From NCBI GenBank assembly GCA_010909165.1, contig VJWM01000209.1, positions 248,001 to 312,000 on the forward strand: DNA of 64,000 nucleotides. Reading direction: 5' to 3'. The translations under genes were made by a program, and so were the position numbers. Below the pieces are notes generated by a model. The model had not been told where the DNA came from. It was given only the letters and a program-made list of their open reading frames with translations, and ran no database searches. Below, one piece after another: positions 1 to 10,299 of the stretch. Each line of letters opens with the position of its first letter. The stretch's first letter is position 1. Source of the DNA: Anthoceros angustus (taxonomy: Eukaryota > Plantae > Anthocerotophyta).

Positions 1-564
1 TCCACTTCACGCAATGCTCTTCAGCTGTGGCTTGTGAACACTAAGTTGCAAGCAGAGATTCCGGATACCGGATTCCAAAGCGAACTGCCGACAAAAGCTC
101 TCTCGTCGGTATTGAGGGGTCCTGCAAGTGTGAGGGATTCTGACAAGGTGCCGATGCCGCAAGCCCGTCCCCCTCCTGTGGGACCGTTAGCCGCCGGGGA
201 ATGTGGAATGTGCGTTTACGGCCTCTTTCTGGCGGGGCCATATGTGCGAGGAGAAAGAAAGGCGCGTCCTTCCAAGAGTAGCAGAAAATAGAATGTGCGG
301 GGCGTGGAGCAATGGAGGATGTTTTGATAGACTAGGAAGTGGGAAACTGTCCAAAGGCGAAGGCAGGTATACCTGGCAGTGCATATCCTGTACGCCGATA
401 CAAACATGAACGCTGTTGCCGGATATGCTGGTGGGTATACACAGTCCACATCATCATTGACTATCATGGTCATCGTTTAATTGTTTGCCAATCCCATCCG
501 ACTCTGCTCTCCGGATCCGGATCCGGAACGACGGATAGCCCCCACCGGATTCAGCTGGCTCGAC

Positions 565-2945
565 ATGGCGGCAGAGGGAACGGAATTGTGGTTGGCACTC
601 ATCTTGGGCCTCCCGCTGCTCCTCTTGGCCTGGATCTTCGCCTTCTCCCGATCGCTGCAGCGACAGGCGGCCCGAAACGGCGCCGCTGCGCAAGTTCCTG
701 GCAGCTTCTGGCAGCTGCCTCTGGCGGGGGACACCATTGAGTTCTTGCGCGCTGGCTTTCCCGATGACTTCCTCCTGCCTCGGATAGAGCGGTGAGGGCC
801 CATGCCCCATGTGCAATCACCAATGCACACTAGCTTCACAATGTGTGTGTCTGCTACCCTCACCATGCCCGCCTTCTGGAGCTGACCGTGCAGTGTGGCA
901 TTTGCAATTGGGCCTGCAGGTACGGTCCGGTTTTCAGGACGCACCTGCTGGGTCGCCCCACGGTGTGCGTCACCTCCGCGGAGGCCGTCAAGTTCGTGTT
1001 GCAGTCGCCTAGATTGTTCACCAATGCTTTCCCCAATCCGGCGCGGGTGCTGTTTGGCGAGCATTCCATCTTCCACGTGGAGGGAGAGGAACACAATCGG
1101 CTTCGAAAAATCATCCACGCTCCCCTCTTTCCAGAGGCTCTCAAACACTTCCCTGCGCAGGTGGACAGCATTGTCAGCGGCTTGTTTGAGGACTGGGGGT
1201 CCGCTGAGGTGATCTCTTGCGTAGAGGAACTCAAAACGGTCAGCTCCTGCCCATATCCTCATCTGCACCGGGTCTCGAATTCCATTTTCTTGTCATTCTC
1301 TACATCTGCACCCCTGAGCCAGATCTTGACTTCGCTCCTCCCCGGCCCTGCAGTTCGCTTTCCGCGTTGGCCTGAAAATCTCCTGCGACACTTTAACAGC
1401 GGCAGAGAAACGCGACGTGCTTGCCTTGTTTCACGAATTCGAAGCAGGGCTCATGGCCGTACCACTTAGGCTTCCGGGGACAACGTACAGCAAAGCTTTG
1501 ATTGTAGGGGCCTCCTTCTTGGAAACCCCACGCCCACCGTCCGAATTCCTGCTCAATGCCTGCGTATGAACCATTTAACAGTTGTGTCACATGTATGGCT
1601 GCAGGCACGTGACAAGATCATCGCGATCCTGGAAAAGGTGATTGAGGAGAGGCAGGCGGAAAAGGGATCAGTAGAGCGCAATGACCTGCTTCAGGCCTTC
1701 CTTTCCTGGGAGAAGAATTCGCAGAAATTGGACAAACGTCAAGTAGCAGACAATATGCTCAGTATCCTGCTCGCATCCCATGATACTGTGGCAGGAACCA
1801 TTAGTCTGGTCATCCGGAATTTTTGTATCTATCCTTCACTTTACCAGGAAGTGCAGGTAGATGGCTGCTTTCATTTTTGTTCTCTGAACAACATCATCCT
1901 GCTCCTCAAGCAGGCCTGCCATCATCACTGATTGCATAATTTTGGATGCATGTAGGAGGAGCAGGATGCAATTGCAAGAGCCAAAGTTTCCGCGAGCGAT
2001 CCCCTGACTTGGGACGATTTGCATCTCATGCCTGTGACCATGCGGGTAAGACTTCAATCGTATTGAATTCCGTCCTTGTTGTTGAAAGCAGGATTGACAA
2101 GTTCTGTGTGACATGCAGTTTGTGAACGAAACCTTCAGACTAGACAATCCTGTATCCTTCGGCTCTAAAGAAACGCCTGAGGACGTTATGCTGAATGGTG
2201 AGTACGTAGTTATTGGCAGACTAGATAAGCTTGCATCGTCCATTACAGCTTGAAGCTAGAGTAGCGCTGAGGCCAGGGATACAGAAACAAGTGTTGGAAG
2301 GTGACTAAGAAATTGGGATTTTAGTACTTTGCTTCCACTGCCTTTCCAGCCGGAATAATAGGTAGTAACTACGTTTGTGCAGGAATGCTGATACCCAAGG
2401 GATGGCAAGTCTACGTCTGGCCCAGAATGTTTCACCACAGCTCGCAATGGTATCCCGATCCGTACAAGTTCGATCCAACCCGATTCAATGTACAGTGAAC
2501 TCTTCACACCTGTACCTCGTGCACAGAGTGGTAATGTTTTGGAAGTTTTGACCAGTGCACTGCTGGTAGCGACTTGGAGAGTTGACTGACGCCGTTGTGT
2601 TCATGTAGACCAAACCGCCGCCCAGCACTTTCACTCCCTTTGGAAATGGGCATCGCGGATGTCCTGGTAGGGAACTGGCTAAACAGGAGATCTTGGTGTT
2701 TTTGCATCGATTTCTGACTACCTACAAGTAAGTCCACTGAAAGTGTTTCCTTACTTTGCCTTCAATAAATGGCATGCATACACTGCACGTGGCTATGGGG
2801 TGACTGATTTCAAATACTGATTTAGTGTAAGTGTTGTGGTTGTAGGTTTGAGCCTGCAGGACCCATAGACATGAGAACCCGTTCTTATCCCGTATCCAGT
2901 CCTGTAGACGGTATGCCCGTGAAGATCACGAAGAGACTGTCATAA
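565..2945 (+). CDS. Cytochrome P450, CYP85 clan (CYP707/CYP716/CYP720/CYP724/CYP90-like), 9 exons, 480 aa, apparently intact
   Basis: GT-AG exons 565-791, 920-1238, 1354-1503, 1605-1856, 1956-2045, 2119-2197, 2383-2489, 2609-2727 and 2846-2945 join into one open frame of 1443 nt. Motifs: N-terminal TM anchor, [13 protein letters not shown]-helix LLASHDT, ExxR (ETFR), PERF-like FDPTRF, heme [10 protein letters not shown]. The 150/90/79/107-nt internal exons are typical of CYP85-clan genes. Confidence 0.93.
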
Positions 2946-3084
2946 GTAGGCATGGATCATGTGATGCTGCTTAACTTTTCCACCCATGTGAACAGCCATG
3001 TGCGAGAAAGCTCTGGGACCTGCCGCTGGTCTCCTTCCGGTATACATATATATGTCACTTGTGACATTGAAAAGGGTGGGACCA

Positions 3085-3320
3085 TGTTGGAGCCATAGCG
3101 CTACGGATTGGAGCTTCGCCCCCATCAGCCATTAGCCATTAGGGCACGTTTCGTGCACACGTAGATAAATGCTTAGTTGCCGGGCACGTTTAGTGCACAC
3201 GTAGATAAATGCTTAGTTGCCGGTACAGCAGTTCTGGTCGTTACCATCGCACTTGACAGTAGCGCGGTTACAACCGCATTCAGACACTATAAGTCCAGGC
3301 ATTCAGCCTTAATCCTACCA
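3085..3320 (+). repeat. Copia 5' LTR (may extend to ~3357)
   Basis: TGTTGG...CCTACCA is shared with 27829-28014. It contains an internal ~41-bp tandem duplication (gggcacgttt...cttagttgcc x2). Confidence 0.85.
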
Positions 3321-3357
3321 TTATTATTGCTCAATTACTGCATCTTGCCCCGCTTTA

Positions 3358-3369
3358 TGGTATCAGAGC
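3358..3369 (+). promoter_or_regulatory. Primer binding site for tRNA-iMet
   Basis: TGGTATCAGAGC, complementary to the 3' end of plant initiator tRNA-Met. Confidence 0.9.
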
Positions 3370-3486
3370 CCAAGGGCCAAGCCCGTTCGGCATCACTCAC
3401 GCGCCACGCGCATGGTGTCACAAGCTCACCGATGGCGCAGCAGCGAAAGAACGGCAATCTGGCATGAAGATCCTGAAATCAGCAAG

Positions 3487-3840
3487 ATGCCTAGAAAGCG
3501 CACCCCGGCTTATTACTACCCACTGGGCAGAGCGCCTCCTGTGCGGCAAGTTATTTGCGGGGACTGCATCAAAGAGATGAGGCAACGCCGGCATCAAGCC
3601 TCATCTCGCCCGCCAAATGACCACGGGACCTCACTCTCTTCCGCCACACTCTCCGGCTTCCATGACGTTTTGCTAACCGTATGTCTGCAGATTCAGCGCT
3701 TGATTCCAAAGCCAACTTTGTTCCCAACTAGAGCCGTCATCACTCATGAAGACCTCAGCAACCAAATCACAGAGTTGGACTCACAAATCCAGTCACTCCA
3801 CTTCGCATTAGAGAAGATCTACCTTAGCATTAGATACTAG
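3487..3840 (+). CDS. Stop-free 117-aa ORF between PBS and gag, unknown function
   Basis: MPRKRTPAYYYPLG...CGDC...EDLSNQITELDSQIQSLHFALEKIYLSIRY*. The C-terminus looks coiled-coil-like. No family recognised. Confidence 0.35.
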   Translation: MPRKRTPAYYYPLGRAPPVRQVICGDCIKEMRQRRHQASSRPPNDHGTSLSSATLSGFHDVLLTVCLQIQRLIPKPTLFPTRAVITHEDLSNQITELDSQIQSLHFALEKIYLSIRY

Positions 3841-3928
3841 AGCTGATAGCTCACCTCTGTAGCAGACGTATATGCTCGCTTTTGATCCACTTAAGAACCA
3901 CAGAAGAAAGGCTAAGAAGCAAACAATC

Positions 3929-4560
3929 ATGGGAACAGTAGTCAACACTACCAAAATCGAGTTCCGTGACCGAGACCGGTTTAACGGAACCGATTTTGCT
4001 GTGTGGAAGATGAGAGTCACTGCTCTGCTGGAAGAGCATGACTTGATGGAGATCGTTGATGGCACTCTCCCTGTGCCAGGACCCAACACCAATCCTGTCG
4101 GAACACCCGACACAATTGCGGCTTGGAACAAGAGAGACAAGCGCGCACGCAATCTCCTCATTTCTGCACTTGACAAAAGTATTTCAGCACACACAAAACA
4201 CCAAAAGCGCTCACGGGATCTGGAAGATATTCAACAATATGTTCCAAGCCCAAGACTCTATGTCACTAGTAAGCGCAACGAGACTATTTTACCAGCTAAA
4301 GATGAAGGATACCGAGAGTATTGAACAGCACATCGGTTTCAAGCGGCAAACACGACTTGCCACGGCACCATCACGGAACACCAAACTGCATATTAATAGA
4401 CATCTCTGCGAGGATTCTGGACCTTTGTTAGCTCGAACTTCGTATCGGACAATCCAAGCGGCATTTGGGAGAGGTGCCCAAGCGGACACTTTCTCTGAAA
4501 TCGTTGGAGCTTTACTTGAGGAGGAATCAAGCCGTGGCTCAAATTCGCGAATTGGCCAAG
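3929..4560 (+). pseudogene. gag: Copia gag, N-terminal part (frameshifted, cut by TIR element)
   Basis: RFNGTDFAVWKMRVTALLEEHDLMEIVDG...WNKRDKRARNLLISAL...LKMKDTESIEQHI...LLEEES, typical Copia gag (UBN2-type). Confidence 0.85.
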
Positions 4561-6650
4561 AACAAGGTCTCCTTAGGACTGGTGACGGCTCCTGGTCACT
4601 AGTTGGAAGGGTGTACACCGGGTCGAAAGGTATACAAAAGCCACCCAAAACCATGTTTTCTGATTTCATTAAAAAAAACCCCTAAACCTAGGAGCAAATC
4701 ATAGAGGATCTGTTTTCCGTGTTGTATGTCCTCATCTCATATTAGTTTGGCTAACCAGCGGGTACATTACCTATAAGCGCGATTTGAAAATCGGGCAACT
4801 TTGTATGGACAACAAAATGCAAACGCGCAATGGAAAATCCATATGTGTTGAGTCGGTGTCCACCGTCATGGTCACCCTCTACATTAGTGGGGAGGTCGTG
4901 GTGGCACCGGACGTTACGTGCATAAACCTTGCATCTCACCAATGTCGGGAGTGGAGGAAGATTTGACCGCCTACCGCTCATGCATACACGCGCGACCCCG
5001 TCTGCGAATCGTTTGGAAGTGGCTTGCCTCGAATATTGCATGCGATGGAGACCTCACCTCGGTGACCTAAAACGAGAATTCCACATGGGCGATGGAAATT
5101 GGAAGTTGACGCACTGGTGGCAATCACAACATGGGCGGGGTTCCTTTCAAGCACGCTGGAGTGATCCGGCACCTTCATTGCTTGGTCCTTAAGGAATTTG
5201 GTTGAGGCGGAGGCTGGCGGTGCAAACTCGTGACCTTTGCAGCGTGTTGATCAACACACGATTCCACTCGGGGTTGGGCGGTGTGAATGGTGTGGAGGGC
5301 AAAGGAGCACGACATGTCGGTGTACTTCGGTGGTCAAGGATAAAATTGGAGAAAGTCATACGCTACATGTGTATGAGGCGGTGTTAGTGCGCTATAGTGA
5401 AAGCGATTGAACATCGTTGTGTTTGATTGGATTGTCACATGACATCCATTGTCATCTTCGTACACGGTTTTTATCTCGTGGGTTTACAACATACAGTCTT
5501 CCTAGCGAGATTAGGAAACATTTGGCGATTGTATTGATCTGCATGCATGCGAATGGACGCCGCGCTTCTTTGAAAATCGTTGGAGCTTTACTTGAGGAGG
5601 AATCAGCCGTGGCTCAAATTCGCAATTGGCCAAGAACAAGGTCTCCTTAGGACTGGTGACGGCTCCGGTCACTAGTTGGAAGGGTGTGCTGAAAGGTATA
5701 CAAAAGCCACCCAAAACCATGTTTTCTGATTTCATTAAAAAAAAACCCCTAAACCTAGGAGCAAATCATAGAGGATCTGTTTTCCGTATTTGTATGTCCT
5801 CATCTCATATTAGTTTGGCTAACCAGCGGGTACATTGCCTATAAACGCGATTTGAAAATTGAAAATCGGGCAACTTTGTATGGACAACAAAATGCAAGCG
5901 CAATGGAAAATCCACATGTGTTGAGTCGGTGTCCACCGTCATGGTCACCCTCTACATTAGTGGGGAGGGTCGTGGTGGCACCGGACGTTACGTGCATAAA
6001 CCTTGCATCTCCCGCCCAATGTATGGCGGAGTGGAGGAAGATTTGACGCCTACCGCTCATGCCATGCTGCGAGCGCGACCCCGTCATCGTTTGGAAGTGG
6101 CTTGCCTCGAATATTGCATGCGATGGAGACCTCACCTCGACGGTGACTCGAGAATTCCACATGGGCGATGGAAATTGGAAGTTGACGTGTGGCAATCACA
6201 ACATGGGCGGGGTTCCTTTCAAGCACGCTGGAGTGATCCGGCTGCTTCATTGCTTGGTCCTTAAGGAATTTCTGGTTGAGGCGGGAGCTGGCAGTGCAAA
6301 CTCGCGACCTTTGTTGCAACGTGTTGATCAACACTTGGATTCCACTACCGGGGTTGGAGCAGTGTGAATGGTGTGGAGGGCAAAGGAGCACCTGACATGT
6401 CCAGGTGTACTTACCGTGGTCAAGGATAAAATTGGAGAAAGTCATATTGCTACATGTGTGTCTGGCGGTGTTAGTGCGCTATAAAGCATTGAACATCGTT
6501 GTGTTTGTTGGATTGTCACATGACATCCATTGTCATCTTCAACATTTTATCTCGTGGGTTTACAACATACAGTCTTCCTAGCGAGATTAGGAAACGATTT
6601 GGCGATTGTATTGATCTCATGCATGCGAATGGACGCCGCCGCTTCTTTGA
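4495..6650. repeat. Tandem duplication, period ~1074 bp, spanning the gag/TIR junction (second left TIR copy at 5635)
   Basis: Both copies start ttct.tgaaatcgttggagc (~4495 and ~5570). They differ mainly by short indels. Confidence 0.9.
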
Positions 6651-7259
6651 AATCGGTCCGTTGTTTCGTGAAATCCATACCTTGCGGTATGCGTGCGCCC
6701 ATGATCTCGCTCATCAAATACCGTCAATCACTGAACACATTCTCCGAATCGTCACCACTCCCATGCTTCCTAGCTTGCGTGCTCCACCAGCACCGTGTTC
6801 GTTGTCTAGGTCTGCTCCAGGGACCTTGCACTTTGATGTGTTTGTTGTGTTCATAGCACCTTGCATGCACGTTCTACCACAGTGCGATACCATGGTGCTT
6901 AAGACCCACACCGGTTCCTCCTACGAATCCTCGAAACAAACACGTAGCCTATCCACGCACGACACACCTCGATCTGTGAGCAAAGTTTTCCAATCCTACA
7001 TCCCCACCATCCGCACACCCGGAGGAGGGTGCTCTTCGCCTCCTTCACTTGCTCCGCATCCCCAAGGACCATTGAGTTGTCGCTGCGCTTCACCACATGC
7101 CATATGACCCTTGGTCTCGGGCTTCCTCGTTGGTCTCGCTTCAACGACACATATGAACCGGGCACCACCATGTTGTTCACCATGGGCTCCTTATTGAACG
7201 TCTTTCCGCCTCCATAGCGGGCTCCTCGCCCACCTCCTCCTCTTCCGTCGGCCGGTGTC

Positions 7260-9325
7260 CATGGAATTGATTCAAGGTCCATGAATTGGCGCACTGGGAT
7301 CCACATCAGAAATGACATTACGGCATATGAGCAGTGCTATCATGCAGGCCGATCCTGCGCGTCCGGCACCCAATCTCCTCATGTCTGTGAATCAACCTCT
7401 TCAAGAGTCTTAGGGGCTTGATAGGGGGAAACAACCCGATCATCCGTAGTGTTGTAACACAATTTTAGTTCCACTGTTCGTTCGGCAAACACAGTTGTCA
7501 CTCCACCGCCAAGTTGCGTCGGTTCTCTGAGCACAAGCGGTTGAGGCACACAATCCTTATCCAAGCTCCTGCGCAAGTGAAAAGTCCCACGATCTGTCTC
7601 TCGACAATCTTGTCACATTGGTTTTATGCCAGTAACATGTCGTCACAGCACCCCTGCACGCTTCCATCAGCACTTCTCTCACCATAGATGTGTCATCCGG
7701 AGAATGGAAGACCACAATACGAAATACCTGGGATGTGGTGATGCCTTTGAACTGCATGATGACCCCTTCAAACTCTGCCTTGGTAAATCTTGTGTCATAC
7801 TCTCGTGATTGGGGATCTAGATCCAAGCCTGCAGGAGGTCTAACAACAACAAAGCATACGGTCGGGGCTCTACAAACCGGGCCATGTTCACTATGTTCCC
7901 ACACAGTATCCCGACCTTGCTGGGTTTTTCTGGCTTGGAGTCGTTCACGATTGTCATCAGCTTATCCTCAGATGTGGTCGATTTCAAGGCACGTTGCGAC
8001 TCCTCCATCTGCTTCCAAGCTCTGGCCTTGAATATGTGCTCCTTGAAGTTCTCAGGTAGGGCACCCCACTCAAGGCAAGTGTTGGCACGCTGCAGACATG
8101 AAAGACACATCCCACCAGTCAAATGCAAGCGGACGTTCTCGTTCGAATGTATGTGTGAATGCCTCCACTTTCCATGACTTATAAGGACAAGAAGCACAAG
8201 AGAAACTCGATTTGGGTATAGCTAAGTGTTCATCGAGGACCAGTTTTTGAAGGCGGTGGAAGTTACTAATTTGATTCACCATGCATGTCGGGATATCGTT
8301 CTGAACCTCTTCAAATGTCTCACAGTGCAAATGCTTGGCGATGTCACATGGATGAGGTTGAGTTTTTGGCCTTGTCCACCCACACGAACATTTGTTTCAA
8401 TGTCAATTCTCCACCAGGACTTTCATGCATCTTGTCTTCAAGTTGTTGTTCCAGTGCAATTTGCCGATGAAACACTTCCATACCCTCACGGTATACTAAG
8501 CTCCTTTGTGTCAATGACCAAGTTTGCTCTAACTGTTGTCTTCCTTGAATTCTGCGGGCCTTATTTGTTTGTTGTGAGCCGGTACGCTTCCACCGCCAGC
8601 AACTGCTTGCCTCCACTTCTCAAAGATTTCATCCACGTGCTTCACACCTCATCATCAACCTTGCAACACAATAATCCGATGTCCGGTTATCCACGAGGTG
8701 GTGATAGCTGACCTTAGGTCCATGCTTGGGCATCCCACTTAGGAACCACCTTGGCATATATCTCAACTTCATCTAAGTCACACTTGATCAGCTCTTTGGC
8801 CTTCATCTCGATTCGATGTACCTCACGGTCGATGAAAGTAAAAGTCTTCTGGCATCCGCAATGGTGTTGTGATCGTGGCAACTAACCTCATCTCCTCATT
8901 TGTGAGGCCGGCAAGAACATATGCATCCATCCACTGCTCTTGAACCAATGGATACAAGTCGGCTAGTCTAGATCGCTGGAAGGAATGATTCCTCCCAATA
9001 CATAAAATTTGTACACCCCGATCCACCTTATCCATGTCAAAGAAGTTCTTGTTGGGACCTGGGCCGGGTCTACAATGACAATCATGGGCAGCACACCACC
9101 CACGTGGAATGCTTCATCTTTGCATCAAAGCCTCCACCCAAGCGGTCTAGCTTACGTACCTTGCCAAGCCCGGCATAGTTCTTACGGAGGTCTACAGCTG
9201 ATGGGCGGCTTTAACGTGGACTCCATACTCTCTTTCCATAATTGCCTCCTCGCAACATCTCTCCATTTTCGGCCCTAAATCCTTCTGGCGTCATCGTAGC
9301 TCTGACCGCATCCTTGGCCTTCTCT
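7260..9325 (-). pseudogene. ParB/Srx-like domain fused to a beta-class N4-cytosine/N6-adenine DNA methyltransferase (frameshifted; N-terminus lies beyond the CACTA at 14543-~14950)
   Basis: Minus strand, joined across frameshifts. ParB-like part: KVRKLDR/WVEALMQ..PMIVIVDP..FFDMDK..LCIGRNHS (~9165-8983). MTase part: PYALLLLD/PPAGL..REYD (motif IV region ~7860-7827), IVVFHS, YWHKTN, KPLRLLKRLI (~7420-7390), GDWVxDA/AGSA..RNVIS-DVDP (motif I ~7380-7300). Catalytic motif before SAM-binding motif = beta order. Confidence 0.72.
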
Positions 9326-10299
9326 CACTACTAGGAAAACGGGTCTTTTACGGAAATTACAACGGCAATTACTACGACTTCGCCGTCCGTTGTAAAACCC
9401 TAAACACACCTTAGTAATATCCGTAGTAAATATTCATACTAATTATCTGAAGGCTATACCTTGTATTATATACGGTATTGTCTGGTATCGTTATGCGACT
9501 TAACCGGGTGGTCCGTATGGTGGTTAACCTTTACAGACGCCTTCTGACGGACAATACTACGATGCACCTGGCGCGTTTTACAACTTCACTAACCATAGTT
9601 AATATATTATAGTTAAGTAATCAAGGTTACTTGACTATAGTTTACTAACTAGGATTAAGTAGCTTGTTACATGACCCCATCTTGATTGGTGTTAAGTAAC
9701 CACGGTTAATTAAACTCAATGTTCTCTATAAAAGTACCTTGTTGTAAATGTCCGTTGTCAAGGTGCGTTACAATGGACTTTTAAACCTCGATGTAAAAGT
9801 GCGTTGTAAATGTGTTAAACCTTTACGACCCTTGTAATGGAACCTCGTTGTAAAGGGTTCGTAGTAAAGAGCTATCCCTTTACAACGACCCTGTTGTAAT
9901 GGAACCTCGTTGTAAAGTAATGGGTTTAGGATTAGTGTCCGTTGTAAAAGTGTTGTGTGTGAACTAAAACCGATTCGATGTAAATCTACGGAGGTCTCTT
10001 GTATAAACATCCACCTACAGCACCCAAAACGTCACCTACAACCCCACTAGGACCAACCCCACAATCACGCATACAAATCTAAGCGCAAGAAGGTAAACCA
10101 TTTCCGAATTGTTTGGGGAAAAGGCACGCAACATGGCCTACATCCTACAATTCACGAATTCACGTCCTTGGCCTCCACCACACAGCCTAAGCGGGCTGAA
10201 GAGTCCATCTGCGGAAGACATCCCATCACGATATCGGCACAAACAATTGCTGCATTCGGCTACAAAATGTTTGATTTGGATGTAGGAGTCGAATAACTG

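Noticed and set aside
4597-4602. CACTAG near the left end (and at 24389) as a CACTA terminus of the large element
   Set aside because: The inverted match and the gag-restoring junction place the ends at 4561/24412. These CACTAG motifs are internal or subterminal and have no 3-bp TSD.
4672-4690. AAACCCTA telo-box motifs (also 5745, 52290) as telomeric sequence
   Set aside because: These are single copies, not arrays; at most they are promoter-type elements.
5929-6264. WRPHLDGD as the HxD motif of a 2OG-Fe(II) dioxygenase (TET/JBP or AlkB-like partner of the MTase)
   Set aside because: There is no convincing distal His or Arg, the frame is not conserved between the two duplicate copies, and a three-residue motif is too weak. 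It is worth re-testing on a family consensus.
6499-7107. 202-aa plus-strand ORF, and similar long ORFs (477-1268 -, 45990-46613 +, 50653-51384 +)
   Set aside because: They are antisense shadows of real or degenerate coding sequence on the other strand, or carry no recognisable motifs.
7260-9325. Bacterial contamination as the source of the MTase
   Set aside because: The gene sits inside a eukaryotic TIR element, is split by a plant CACTA with a clean TSD, and is nested in a Copia next to an intron-containing plant gene.
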